Assembly: GCF_006345805.1 (NCBI RefSeq)
Contig: NC_043000.1
Coordinates: 64,294,001-64,358,000 of the forward strand
Direction: 5' to 3'
Source of the DNA: Octopus sinensis
Taxonomy: Eukaryota
DNA: 64,000 nt
Shown: piece by piece, positions 12,682 through 26,009 of the stretch
Layout of the letters: each line of letters opens with the position of its first letter
Position numbering within the stretch: the first letter of the stretch is position 1
Made by a program: the position numbers and the translations under genes
Notes under the pieces: model-generated
Told to the model about the DNA's origin: nothing
The model's input: only the letters and a program-made list of their open reading frames with translations
Databases searched by the model: none

Positions 12682-13459
12682 TTAATAAGTTGCCAATGTG
12701 TTCAAAAATCCCATTTCAGTAGAAAAAAAAAACAAACTGAAATCTAAAGTTTGAAAGAGAAACTCAAGTAAAACAAAAACAGTGCATACTTAGAAATTGA
12801 TAGTGTTGTGCTTTACATAGAGAGATATACATGCATGCATATATAACAAAATAAGCCAAACTTCTGGAGTACCAAGTTTGCTTATCCCAGCAAATAATGC
12901 ATACATGCATGCAGCTCTGAACTAAAGTTTATTTTTTCCTTTATTTTTGTGGGGTTTAGTCTGGAGTAAGAGCTTCACAGGCCTCTGAAACCAGAGAGAA
13001 TGACATGGATAAAGTTCATAATGTTCCTCTTGACTGATATGTGCAGGGAGGAATTCCAGAGAGGGGGTCAATATTCTGGTGAGGGAAATCTGGACAGAGT
13101 GGTTAGTAAGGGGCCTGTAAAACAGACAGAATGTGGACATTGAGGAAGAAGAAATTTGTAATTATCTCAGTAAAGGTGATACAAGACAAACCAGCTCCAA
13201 GAAACAAAAGCCACTGTAGTAGTAGTAAAAAAAAACTGTGGCATAACACTTGAAGAAATACTAAAGTTTCTATTTATTCAGAAGACATAAATCTACTATG
13301 AAAGTGAACCAATGGTTCTCTTTCATCAACAATACTTAGGAATTAGGGATGGGTAAATTCTGGTTCAAGCACCCCATATAACATATAACCCTGCATAACC
13401 TCAAAGCCTGGTGAAGGATGACAAGGAAGAAATAAATAAGGAAGGCATGGTTGTATGTT

Positions 13460-13583
13460 AAAATGTTTACTTTGCAAGTGCATGGTTCTGGATTTGATCA
13501 TACAGCACATCACCTTGAGCAAGTGTCATGTACATGAACCTCGAATAGATGGATGGATGAATGTATGCATGTATATATGTATG

Positions 13584-13620
<37 letters not shown>

Positions 13621-13835
13621 ATATGTGTGAGTGAGTGAGTGTTTACATGTTTGTGTCTCCTTGCTTGATATTGCATAATTGTTGTGAACATTTCTAGTAA
13701 GGGAGAAACATTATCTTGCTTTGAAACAGGTAAAGGTGAGCAACAGGAAAGGCATCCAACCATAGAAAATCTGCCTCAACAACTTCCATCTGACCCATAA
13801 AAGCATGGAAAAGTGGGCATGAAAACAATGAGGAT
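13460..13835 (+). mobile_element. Old SINE with CORE-like block, internal microsatellite and RTE-like tail
   Basis: CACCTTGAGCAAGTGTC followed by (TG)n and a GGAAAGGCATCCAACC..AGCATGGAAAAGTGG tail. Confidence 0.6.
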
Positions 13836-14886
13836 AAGGAAATAGTGACAAATACTATCACTTTCTACGCAAAAGTGAAAATTTTGAATGGTTTTAGGAT
13901 AAGAGGAGGTGAGAAAAAAGCAAGAGGCTCATGTGGAATGAAAATTAAGTAGGAGGTGAGCTGAGAGGGAGAGTGAAATGAGAGATAATTTTCACCTATA
14001 CCTCTGTAATTGTCACCCTTTTTAGTTTAAAAATATGTATACATCTACTCTACTTTTCATAAAGAGTTTGACATCAGACAATCTTTGTTCACTGTGTGAA
14101 ATACCCTCTTGACTTGTTAGACACTGACATTTGTGCCCTTCTCATATGGAGCCAGTTTTAATTGCCTTTTGATAATTGTGACACATTCTCTAGAGATGGA
14201 AAATATTTTAAATCAATAATTTATATTTACTAGTGGGACCTGTAAATATTTCACGGAATTCATGGTAAACTTATTGGGTTATTTCTGAAAACTTTATAAC
14301 AAAAAACCTGAAATCATAGCATGTGTTGTATCTGTATGAAAAGATAGTCACTAATCTGCTAATCATTGAAAAGTGAAGGAACTGGAATACAATGATTACT
14401 TAATGCACTTTATATACACCCTTTATATACTTTATGCACAATTTTATAAACTGAATACACAGCACTCTCCCTCTTTTTATCTCTCCCTTTTCTTTCGCTT
14501 TTCTCCTTTCCCTTCAACTAATCATGTAAAAGCATAACAGACAGGCTAAGTAAAGGAGGGAAAAAAACTTAGTTAAAAAAAATACACATTTCACTTACCA
14601 CCACCTCACCCTCCCCTCCCTTCAACTATTCGCATGGAAATGTTATGGACAGGCTAAGTAATGGAGGAATAAACAGAATTATTATAAGAGATTTGATATA
14701 CTTATTTTTGTCTATGTTGTTCAAAAACATGACACTGGCCACTCAGCTATTTCTCTTAACTTATTTTTGTATAAATTACACAAATTACTATTTAATAATT
14801 GTGACTCATCCTCCAGAAACAGGGAATATTTTAATAGATCAAGAATTTATGTTGTATGGTATTTGACATACTTGTATCAGTCTCAG

Positions 14887-14953
<67 letters not shown>

Positions 14954-16139
14954 AGATAGATATACTCTCTCTTTTACTTGCTTCAGTCATTTGACTGCGG
15001 CCATGTTGGAACACCGTCTTTATAGTTGAGCAAATCGACCCCAGAGCTTATTCTTTGTAAGCCTAGTACTTTTTTCTAAATGATTGCTTGTCTTCATTTC
15101 CTGTCAAGTACCAACTAAAAAATTGCTACAAAAGTTGTCTATTAACCAGTCAGAAGCCTTATTAAAAAGGTATATAGAAGTGACAGTAAATAGTCTTTTG
15201 ATAATAGAAAACTCATGAGAAAGACACACACATACATATAGCTTTAGATCTAGACATTTATAGGAAATATTCCTTTACATTCAGGATCCTCATTACAAAG
15301 GTGTGTGTATGTGTGCGTGAGTATGGCTACACGGCTAAGAAGGTTGCTTCCTGACCTCATGGTTTGGGGTTCACCCGCATGAATTCCAAGTATGAAAAAG
15401 TGGACATTAGAATGATGAGTAAAATAAGGCTGAGCTTGAGTCGGAAAATTTACGAGTAGTAGTAGTACTACTACTATTTCTACTACAACAACAACAACAA
15501 AGAAAAAAGGGAAATATGATGTGATCATACAAGATGAAAATGTCACTAGTAGTTATAAAAGAACAAGTAATTAAGAATGGAAACTAATAATAAAAAATGT
15601 AAAAAAAAAAACCAATACTAAATTGTAAAATATGAATAAATTGTTGAAATAATGAATAATTGGGTGTCTTTACATGTTACCAGCATGGGTGCTTTAACAT
15701 GTCACCGGCATGGGTGCCTTTTACGTGTCACCAGCACAAGTGCCTTTAATGTGTCATTGGCACAGGAGCCTTTCATGTGTTAGCAGCTCTGGCCACAATT
15801 ACGATTTCACTTAACTTGACACATGTATATATGAATGTAATAAAACATAAGAAACAAAATCTAGGACAAATGGATAGTTATTAAGTAGGTATTTGTATAT
15901 GTTCATTAGCAGAACATAAATATAAAAATGGTAGAAAAGGTATAAAGTATGGTGGCTTGTCTACAGAGCAAAGTAAAGATAGTGTGTGTGTGTAAAATAG
16001 ACATGGGACAAAAATTGGTGGCGACACATAATGAACTAACATCATGTTAGGAGTGGTAGAAGAGTTGAATGTGGAAGACATGGGGAAAAGGTAATGAGTT
16101 AAGGATCTTTAAAACAGGAATGGTTGCAGTGATTTTTTC

Positions 16140-17045
16140 AGTGGGATTGTCCTGGTTAAAATGTAGTAGACTTGAAGTACTTAAAAGTTCTGAAGTTACA
16201 TGAAAATAATTTTTCAGAGTGTGAGTCTCATATGAATCTGCCAGGCCGAGAAACAGACTATTTTGGTCTCCAGTGAAAGAATTAGCTTAGTAAATAATTT
16301 TTCAATCTAAACTGTTTCCAACCATTAAATCTCAATATATTCAGATAGTGATATTGTCTCATCTTGATTTGTGCATGATTGTGAAGAGGTGTATATTGTA
16401 TGAAGTTCTGAAGTTGGTGGTTTGACAGATGAAAATTTTTGCTGAATTACCAGCATAGACATTGCATTGGTAAGCTGCTACTCTAGATAGGTATATGGAA
16501 TCTAAGAGACAAGAAAGTTGGTTCAGTTAGTGTGAAGATTGAGATCCTAGTTAATTTTGTTGTCTAGTATGGTTAGAAGTGATAGACTGTTCTAGGTTAG
16601 GGATAGCAGAGTATGAGATTTTAATTGTACTTTTGTTAAATATTTAGTGGTACTTATGTTGATGGAGAAAATGCTTTTTTACTGGAGAAAAATAATTTGG
16701 CAATAGAAGTAATGACCTTTGATTCAAAAGTGGATTCAACCATGTAGTATTTCTTTGTCTATTCTTACAGTTGGTTGGAGTATCTGTGGATTTAATAAAA
16801 GTGATTTTTTTCCAGAAAGCCACTGTGCTTCATTGTATCACCACAACGATAAACATTGTTTTTGAAAAATTTGTTCATTTGCTATCAGACTAGATATTAT
16901 AAAGGATATATTTTAAAGATATTTCTTGGATGGTTTGAATTTCTGAGTATATAACCAGGAATCTCATTTGGTTTGTGAAAAAGATGGTACAAGAAATTAG
17001 AGACATCAAGAAAGTCAAATATTTTCAAATTGATTTGGATAGTTA
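16140..17045 (-). mobile_element. Penelope-like retroelement relic (RT C-terminus, linker and GIY-YIG endonuclease)
   Basis: Broken frames read NLKIFDFLDV, HKPNE..YILRNSNHPRNI, KNRQRNTTWLNP, KHF..HKYH*IFNKSTIKISYSAIPNL, and QTTNFRTSYNIH..LSEYI..WKII..SELLS. These motifs are typical of Penelope-like ORFs. Confidence 0.82.
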
Positions 17046-17066
17046 TAAATATATCACAAAAATTAA

Positions 17067-17569
17067 CCCTTTAGCAATTTACATTATTCTAGCAAAAGTT
17101 ATACTTTTTTTAATCATGCATTGCCTTGTAGCTATGAGATTTTGATGAGGTAACTGTTAATTTTCATGTGAAAAATCATTCGAGCAAGGTCGTTGCCAGT
17201 GCCGCTAGACTGGCTCCTTTGCAGGTGGCACATAAAAAGCACCATTTGAGCGTGGCCATTGCCAGTACCGCCTGACTGGCCCTCGTGCTGGTGGCACATA
17301 AAAGCACCCACTACACTCTCGGAGTGGTTGGCATTAGGAGGGGCATCCAGTTGTAGAAACTCTGCCAGATCAGATTGGAGCCTGGTGCAACCATCTGGTT
17401 TGCCAGACCTCAGTCAAATCGTCCAACCCATGCTAGCATTGAAAGCGGATGTTAAATGATGATGATGATGAATATTGCAGGGTTGGTATGAGAAGCAAGA
17501 TCTAGGCTGTTTGAACATATAAAAAGTAGAATATTTTGGCTGGATATGGTTGGTTTAAATGCTAAAGGA
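17067..17569. mobile_element. piggyBac-type MITE interrupted by an RTE 3'UTR fragment (about 17176-17470, +)
   Basis: TTAACCCTTTAGCA at the left end and ATGCTAAAGGA-TCAA at the right end. (GAT)n-tailed RTE 3' sequence inside. Confidence 0.75.
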
Positions 17570-19033
17570 TCAAAGAACCAGTGGAGATATTTTTTCTCAG
17601 TGAAGGTCATGGTTTCAGAATTGCAAAAGGTGGTTAAGAAAAACGAAATTTGATTTTAAATTATGCAACAAGAGTAAAGCAACAAACTCACTAAGCCCCC
17701 TCTGTGTTACTAGCATCTGTTCCAACACCAACTGTTCTTTCCAAGGATTTCTCCATCCAGAGAAAGTGTTTTTAGAATAACTTGAAAATAATTCTTTGAT
17801 ATCACACTTTCCTGTACAGTCATTTCCACAAACAAAATGAGACCCTTAACTATATACACAGAAAAGTCAAACCAACCTAGAAATATCTTAAGAATATTGT
17901 CAAAAACATATCTCTTGACAACTTCTGATGGGGTTAGCAAACACTTTCTTTGCTGAAACACTGACAGTCATGTTGTAAAAATATGAATAAATTCATTTAC
18001 AAAGTATTCAAAATTCAAAATTGTGTTCCCTCCTGATTGTGGGTTCCCAAAAGTGCCAGTTTTTCATCTCTCACTCTCACACACATACTATGACTGTAGC
18101 AAACAAGAAACAATATTTTAAATGTCAGTTTTCCCACTAAACTCTGCATTTGAATAAATTGGACGTGCCCTTTATTGAATGTCAATTTAAACAGGTTCAC
18201 ACACATACACACATGTGCATGCACACACACACACAATATCTGCAGCAAACATGGAACAATACTTAAAATATTTATTAATTTTCCCACTAAACTGTGCATT
18301 TGAATGCTCAAGGTATGCCTTTTACTGAATGTAAATGTCACAAAATGCATGCACACACACATGCACACAATCTCTATCAATATGTGTGACAAAAATAAGA
18401 CTGAGTGGTCACTCAAACTGCTTGAAATAACAGCCAAATCTCCTTCAAACCACACATAATCTTAATAAAGGAAAAAGATACTTTTCATAATGCAGTCCCT
18501 GATATACAAAAAGACAAGTCGCATTGGAATGCATTAACATAGGTCTACTCAATAAGGTTTAACCTGGGGCAAAAGAGCAACTTAAGGTAGCTTTATGTGG
18601 TAATCAATGACATAGTCTATAAACAGCCATTCAAATCGCTAGATATAGCAGCCAAATCTTCCTCAAATTATATGCTTACAGTCTTTAAAAAGGAAGGACA
18701 CATTGAGCAACAGACTTATTGATATTCAAAAAGATAGCTTACCAGTATTAAAAGAACACATTTTACCATAAGTCTGATCTATCAGAGTTGATCCAAAGCT
18801 AACAACAACAAAAACTAATGCAATTGACTGACCTGCTAAAAGTAGCAGCCAGAACTCAAAAAAATCAGAATCTACCTTTTCTAAAACAGAGGGATATTTT
18901 AGAAAATGTATTCCTTGATATACAGAAAGAGGAATTTAACACTTTCATTAAAGATCTACTCAGACTAGAAATAACCAGGAAAACTTCCTTCAAATCAAAC
19001 ATTCTATTGTATTATAAAAAGAACATATACATA

Positions 19034-19195
19034 GGCACAGGAGCAACTGTGTGGTAAGTAGCTTGCTTACCAACCACATGGTTCCAGATTCAGTCCCACT
19101 GCGTGGCACCTTGGGCAAGTGTCTTTTACTATAGCTTCAGGCCAACCAAAGCCTTGTGAGTGGATTTGGTAGATGGAAACTGCAAGAAGCCCATC

Positions 19196-19244
<49 letters not shown>

Positions 19245-19447
19245 ATATATGTTTGTGTGTCTGTGTTTGTCCCCCCAACATCGCTTGACAACTGATGCTG
19301 GTGTGTTTACATCCCTGTAATTTGGTTCAGCAAAAGCGACTGATAGAATAAGTACTAGGCTTACAAAGAATAAGTCCTGGGGTCAGTTTGTAACTAAAGG
19401 CGATGCTCCAGCATGGCCACAGTCAAATGACTGAAACAAATAAAGGA
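19034..19447 (+). mobile_element. SINE family A, full length
   Basis: Head, CORE-like block, (TA)n, tail. Confidence 0.85.
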
Positions 19448-21319
19448 ATGTATACTTTTACTGAAGCTGAAAAAATTTTCACAAACTGTTTGTGAAAATT
19501 TTTTCATCTTTAATAAAAGCATATTACTCTACCTTTGTCATTCAAATACCATTTTTTCCACCTTGTTTTGCATTTATGTATTGATTGTATGTGTGTGAGT
19601 GTATACATATACAGACACACACTATGCATTATATATGCATGTATATCACCACCATCACTATTTTAAAGGTCACTTCTCCATGCTTACATCAGTTAGAAAA
19701 AAACTTGTTGAAGCAGATTTTTCTACAATAAGCTGCTCTTCCTAACACCAATTCTCACCTTATTTTAATTAAGGTAATATTTCCTCTACATACATATGTG
19801 TGTGTGGGGGGGGGGGGGCGTGTGCGTGAGTGTGTGTAAACCAGTGTAAATATTTTGTTATATTTAAAGCCATAAAAGGTCAGCAATTCTCTGAAAAGAT
19901 ATATGCCCGGCAAAAATTAGTCATTTGATAAATGGGGGCCAGTGTAAATGTTTACCTGCCAGATAAAGTACTGGGGACAATATAATTACATAAAATACTC
20001 GAAGCCAATAAAAGAGTAAAAGAATAAACTTAAAAATAAAAAAGGCCAGCCAGATAAAGCAATAGATATTTTTATAAGATAGTGAACTTAATTGGTGTGC
20101 TGAGAGGCAAAGGCATTGATGAGTGATATGAGCAAGCAATCAGAGTATGAAGTTTGAACTGAGAAGGGAGTGGAGACAGCACTAGTAAACAACTGGAAAA
20201 GACTTGAGAATATAATTATATTGTAAGGATATAATGCTCTACAAAGACATATAATGGTCTACAAAGACAGCTCAGTTCAAAGGACTACCTTTATTTAATT
20301 GCTTAATGAATGTATGTGTCTTCAGTGTGTGTGTGTGTGTGTGTGTGTGTGCGCACGTCCATGCATATTGCTTTCCACTATATACAACCAGTATGAAGAG
20401 AGATTAGTTAAATAAATAAAATCTATCTACTACTATATAAAATATAATTTCATGCTCAAATCAAACTATATGAAACACATACAGTAGTATCCATTAAAAA
20501 CTGAATAACAAGTCAATGAGTGAACCTCTAAGCAGTTGCTCAAGTACAAGGATTAACAGCCAAATCTCCCTCAAATTGCACCCTACCATCTTAAAAAAAA
20601 GGAAGACATAACACAGGATAAACTGGATAATGGAGTGTTAAATACATAAGGTCAAACACAAGAAAATGGGATGGTAACATCTGTTATACATTTGACCCTA
20701 GATCTCTTCAATCAAGGTCGATCTAGGTCTAAACATCAATCACCAAGTAAATAACTGATTTGTTATTCCAATGGTTCCTATGATGACAGTGTATATTGAT
20801 CTATCTATGTTTTGGTAATATATTTCTATAGCTAAATTTTATTGACAAATGTATCTAAATATATAGAATGTGTTTTAAAATTTCAAAACACTCTATTTTT
20901 GTTTCCTGCAGTGGATATGGTGCATTTCATCAATATAAAAGAACAAGACAAAAAAGGACCATTAAAACAATAAGAAGCTTCTATAGGGTAAATAGCATAG
21001 ACCAGATGTTTCATTACTCTCTTTTAATTTACTTAGTAATAGTGCGCTGGCAAATGCAGTGATTAGGTCTTTGTTCAATTTAAAATATTAATACTCCAGC
21101 TAGTCATTTGTAAATGATTGGTTAAATGCTTTAGTGAAGTATTTTTATTCCAAGTATTAGCACAATTAATCACAAGAAATTGCAAGCATAATTCAAATTT
21201 CAGAAACATAGATTGAAATGAAGTGAAAGCTAAACATTAGAAATCCTGTATAAATGCATGAAATATTACTGAGGAATAGGTGTGAAAAACAACATATTCT
21301 AAGAACAGTAGTTACTTAC

Positions 21320-21384
21320 TTTAAGCAATTTATCCGGATGACATGCATCTTTAACATCCAATGGAACATCAGGTGAATCTTTAT
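21320..21384 (-). CDS. TMF1: TMF1 small exon (65 nt; D-KDSPDVPLDVKDACHPDKLLK), leading into the coiled-coil region
   Basis: Acceptor tgtttgttttgtag| and donor AAA|gtaagt. Phase 1 entry matches the preceding exon end and the frame is open. No further TMF1 exon was recognised between 21319 and 1. Confidence 0.72.
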
Positions 21385-21702
21385 CTACAAAACAAACATT
21401 TGTTTTATAAAACGTTTGTCAATACTAATTAATATACCCTTATAACATCTTTCTTAAACATTTTATAAATGCCTTCACAGTTTAACTTTTATAAACTGAT
21501 AAATGATCTTACTAATTTCCTGTACAGTCATTTCCACAAACAAAATGAGACCCTTAACTAATTAATCAGAAACATCTCTTGACAGCTTCTGAAACATTTA
21601 TCTGATGGGGTTAGCAAACACTTTCTTTGCTGAAACACTGACAGCCATGTTGTAAAAATATGAATAAATTCATTTACAAAATATTCAATAGTCAAAATAA
21701 AA

Positions 21703-21985
21703 ATAATAATAATAATAATAATGATGAAATTATTGTATACAGTGCTCAGGTGCACCATAACTTGTCAGAAAGTGCGTATAGAGTATATGCAGTAATGTAC
21801 AAATGTCTGGAAAGCGAACAATGTATGAGTCAGATACCTGCCTGTGTGTGTATGGAGGGGAGAAAATCAGGTGTAGTGTTGGCGAATCTCAGAAAGCATG
21901 GAAGTTTTGAAGGATGCAGTGCTCCGACAACTAACAACTGATGCCAGCAGTTTGTTCCATGCTTCAGCAACTCTCATTACCAAAA
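21703..21985 (-). mobile_element. CR1-like LINE 3' end
   Basis: RVAEAWNKLLASVVSCRSTASFKTSMLSEIRQHYT* followed by a 3'UTR and an (ATT)n-like tail. Confidence 0.7.
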
Positions 21986-23587
21986 TAGTTGCTCATATAG
22001 TAAATCAAGTAATACAGACAATGACCAACACTGCAATCTCATTGTAAACTGCTACAAGATGCACAAATGAGAGAGAAAACTACAGAAGTATTAAACTGTT
22101 AGACCAGGTTACTCAAGGAAAAGGTGGCACCACTGATGCTACAGTCCGTGTAGGACAACCATAAGAGAACCACATGACTAGGAATAAGTCCCAAGTGAAG
22201 GAGATCACAGAAGACTGCACTAACTGACCAAGCCACCTGCACAACCCTAGTGCATGCACCTCTTCTCTTGTCTATTGTTTTGTACATGTATCACCCACTA
22301 TATATCACCCAACCTATATTCTCACACCCTCCCACCATTTATTCTCCTAACTACTGTTCTTATTCTGTACCCATTCATTGCCACATTCATCTCTTATACT
22401 CACTGCACCATGCCACCCTAAACTGAGAGGAAAATACTCACTTTGAGCATATTAAACATCTCCCTTCTCCATACCTCCACCATCTATATCCAGCCATCAC
22501 TTCTCCCTCTTACTTCCTAAATCCAGATGCTTGAGTGAACACTGTGCACAAAGAACCTTTATCCACCATCCCTGACTCTCCTTCTAGACATGTTATCTTA
22601 AAGATATGCATTGGTTTCTCATCTTATTTCCCCTTTCCTACTCAATCCTTCACCTCCCTTTCATCTGCCCTTATCACCGACTCTCCTTCACTAACCCTGA
22701 CACTATTTTTTCTCTTCCCCACTGTCTTGTCTTTTCTTCATGCACTACTTTACCCAGCCATATATAACATGTGGCAGCCATGCATCTCCTCCAACACAAA
22801 CCTCCCCAGGGTCCTATCCATTCATTCTCTTTCACTAACCCCCAGACACTACTTTTCACTTCCTCTCCTAATACTCCCCACTTTTCTAACACGATCTCTG
22901 TTAGTCTCTCTCCTACCATCCTTCTCTCAATAATAAACCTATATAGCTCCAATAAGAACTGTCTTAACCCCAAGCAGATAATCCAATCAATACAGGCAAT
23001 GGCAGATGGATTGATCTACTACATCACTGTGCCCACCTACTCAACCCACCCCATTACCAAAACCACTTTGTCCTCACTCTTTACTGCACACTAACCCTTG
23101 ACATTACTCATCCCCTTTCCAACTCCTCTCTTGTGTCTCCATTACTCTCACCGCAATACTGTTCCCTCTGTTATTTCTCCATTATCATTCTCCCACATAA
23201 ATCTATTCCGTCCATCAGAAAAGCTCTTCTCTACTTTGCCAGCTGCAGGGCACATTCTAGCAGTGCTACTGCCACAGAAAGCACCCAATACACTCTGTAA
23301 GTGATTGATAATCAATTCAAGCAGTGACAATGCAGGACCTGAGAGCTCTTAAGTATTGCTGACAACAAAGCAACCTCTATAGGGTTGGTGCCTTGGAAAA
23401 ATGCACCCAATACACTCTATATAGTAGCTGGTGTTGGCGTTAAAAGTGCATCCAGCTACAGAAACCATGCCAAGAATGAGACATTGAAGATATAGTCCTC
23501 CAATCCTTGAATCCTGTCAAACCACCTTACACATGCCAGCATGGAAAATGGACAAAAACAATGTGTGTGTACATATATATATATATC

Positions 23588-23880
23588 TGGCACTCCACTG
23601 GTTACAACTATGATATGATCAACAGAATAGATAGCTCGTGAACTTAATGTGCAAGTGGAGTGGCTGAGCTCTCCACAGACACACTCAGAGAGATTCAGCA
23701 TGACACAGAATGTGACAAGGTTGGCCCTTTGAAATACAGGTACTATTCATTTTTGCCAGATGAGTGGACTGGAGCAACATGAAATAGAGTGTCTTGCTCA
23801 AGGACACAATACACTACTGGGAACTGAACTCCCCATGACCTTACAATTGTAAGCCAAATACCCTAAGTACTAAGCCATGT
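23588..23880 (-). mobile_element. tRNA-derived SINE family B (related copy at about 56655-56950)
   Basis: GTGTCCTTGAGCAAGACAC block and degenerate tRNA head, shared with 56655-56950 and in part with 61461-61797. Confidence 0.7.
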
Positions 23881-25285
23881 ACTGTTTTATTTAATTCCAT
23901 ATTTATAAGTGACCATATCATATTCTACATGGAACTTTCTCTACCCTGCAGTTTGCCTGATCTCATCTAGGGATATGGTAGTGGTCATTCAGAGTTTTAG
24001 TTACACACTGATAACAAGGATTCACTTAGTGGGTATTGTTTAGACAGTCATACCATTATAAATAGTTATTAATATTCTTTTAAATCAGGTTTCTAAGATA
24101 CCAGGGTTCGTAACCAAGCAATGGTAACTGATAGCAGAGGTTAAGCTACAAACTTCAATAACAACTTCTGCTTTACTGTGTTAAATTTGCAACATTTGAT
24201 CTATTAGATAATACTGAAATCATACCTTGCTGATAAGTTAAACTTGCTTTTAAACTCAGAAATATACTTGTTTCAATTTACTACATTTAGTTTACAAACA
24301 ACTATATATTATCATCATAATCATCATCTTTGTCATTTAATGTCTACATTCCATGCTGGCATAGATTGCATGGTTTGATAGGATCCAACAGGCACAAGAA
24401 TTGCATTATGCTCCACTGTCTATTCTGGCTTAGTTTCTATGGCTGGATGCTCTTCCTATGCCAACCACTTTACAGCATGTACTGGGTGCTTTTTTCATAG
24501 TGCCAATACCAGTGAGGTCACCATGCAACTTGCAAGATTACATACCACAAGAGAGTTATGCCTGGAAATGAGGTGATAAATTTTACAGAAGAGGCAAGAG
24601 GAGAACAGACTTCTTGTTGTAGAGGAGCTACATGGCTTCTCCTATTTTAGGAGAGAGAGTAGATGAGGTGATCAGGGTGAAGCTGGGAAGAGACAGAAAT
24701 AGTGGATTCTCAAGGTATGAGGTGAGTAGAAGTGAGTGAGGACAGAAAAACCAAAAGTATGGGTGGAGTATAGGGAATGGGTGGGGGAGTGAGTATAATG
24801 AATGACGAACAAGTATTGGGAGGTGATAAGTAGGAGAGGTAGGGAAGAGTAGGTGAAAATTGTATATTGGATAGTAAATGGTGGATAAAGGGTGTGGAGT
24901 GACTAATGATGGATGGAACAGTATAGTAATGACGGTACAGCTAAGAGAGATGATATGTAGGAGGGATAAGTCGCAAGAGTAAAGGAGGGAAGAGAGAGAG
25001 AGATGCAGAAATAGCACATGGGATGAATGAGAAACATATGGTGGTGGAGAAGGAAAGATAGTTATGAGTTGTTGTCACTAATAATGTAATTTCAGTGGCC
25101 TCATAGGTAAGAGTATATGCTCAGTTTAAAGATAAAGGCTTCCAGATTGAATCCTGTCTGTATTATGTACATATGCAGGAATAAGGCACCTGATAATGAT
25201 CAGAAATCAAACCAATCAAAAAATTTGTAGAATATTAAAAATAAAATAATAAATCTTACAGTGATTTATAAACAGTAGCTGCAAC

Positions 25286-25448
25286 ACATTGTGACGTATA
25301 TTTGCCATTTAAATATGGCTAACCCCTAAGGGCACAGAAAGTGTGTCTTTAGCCAGCTGGAGGAGGTGTCCTCCTGAGGCTACAAACTACAGTAGCATCC
25401 ACCCTTAGGGGTTAGCCATATTTAAATGGCAAATATACGTCACAATGT
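25286..25448. repeat. Perfect foldback (47-bp arms, 69-nt structured loop)
   Basis: 25286-25332 is the exact reverse complement of 25402-25448. Confidence 0.95.
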
Positions 25449-25574
25449 AAAAATAAAATGTTCAACTTAAAAGACAAATTGATAGTCTGAAAAATTTCAA
25501 TAATAACTAACATTGGTGAACAAAATTTCAGGCGTGGAAGTAAAACCTAGAATCAAATGGTCTTAAGGTTAACT

Positions 25575-25779
25575 CTTTTACTTGTTTCAGTCATTTGACT
25601 GCGACCATGCTGGAGCACCGCCTTTAGTCGAGCATATCGACCCCAGGACTTATTCTTTGTAAACCCAGTACTTATTCTATCGGTCTCTTTTGCCGAACCG
25701 CTAAGTGACGGGGACGTAAACACACCAGCATCGGTTGTCAAGCAATGCTAGAGGGACAAACACAGACACACAAACATAT

Positions 25780-25847
<68 letters not shown>

Positions 25848-26009
25848 GACAGGCTTCTTTCAGTTTCCGTCTACCAAATCCACTCACAAGGCTTTGGTCG
25901 GCCCGAGGCTATAGCAGAAGACACTTGCCCAAGATGCCACGCAGTGGGACTGAACCCGGAACCATGTGGTTGGTTAGCAAGCTACTTACCACACAGCCAC
26001 TCCTGCGCC
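25575..26009 (-). mobile_element. SINE family A, young full-length copy with TSD
   Basis: Intact A box TGGCTGTGTGG and B box GGTTCAGTCC, CpG-rich. TTAACT duplicated at 25569-25574 and 26010-26015. Confidence 0.9.

Noticed and set aside
17690-17790. Possible extra TMF1 exon with a minus-strand gtgagt donor
   Set aside because: No convincing acceptor and no TMF1-like coiled-coil translation.
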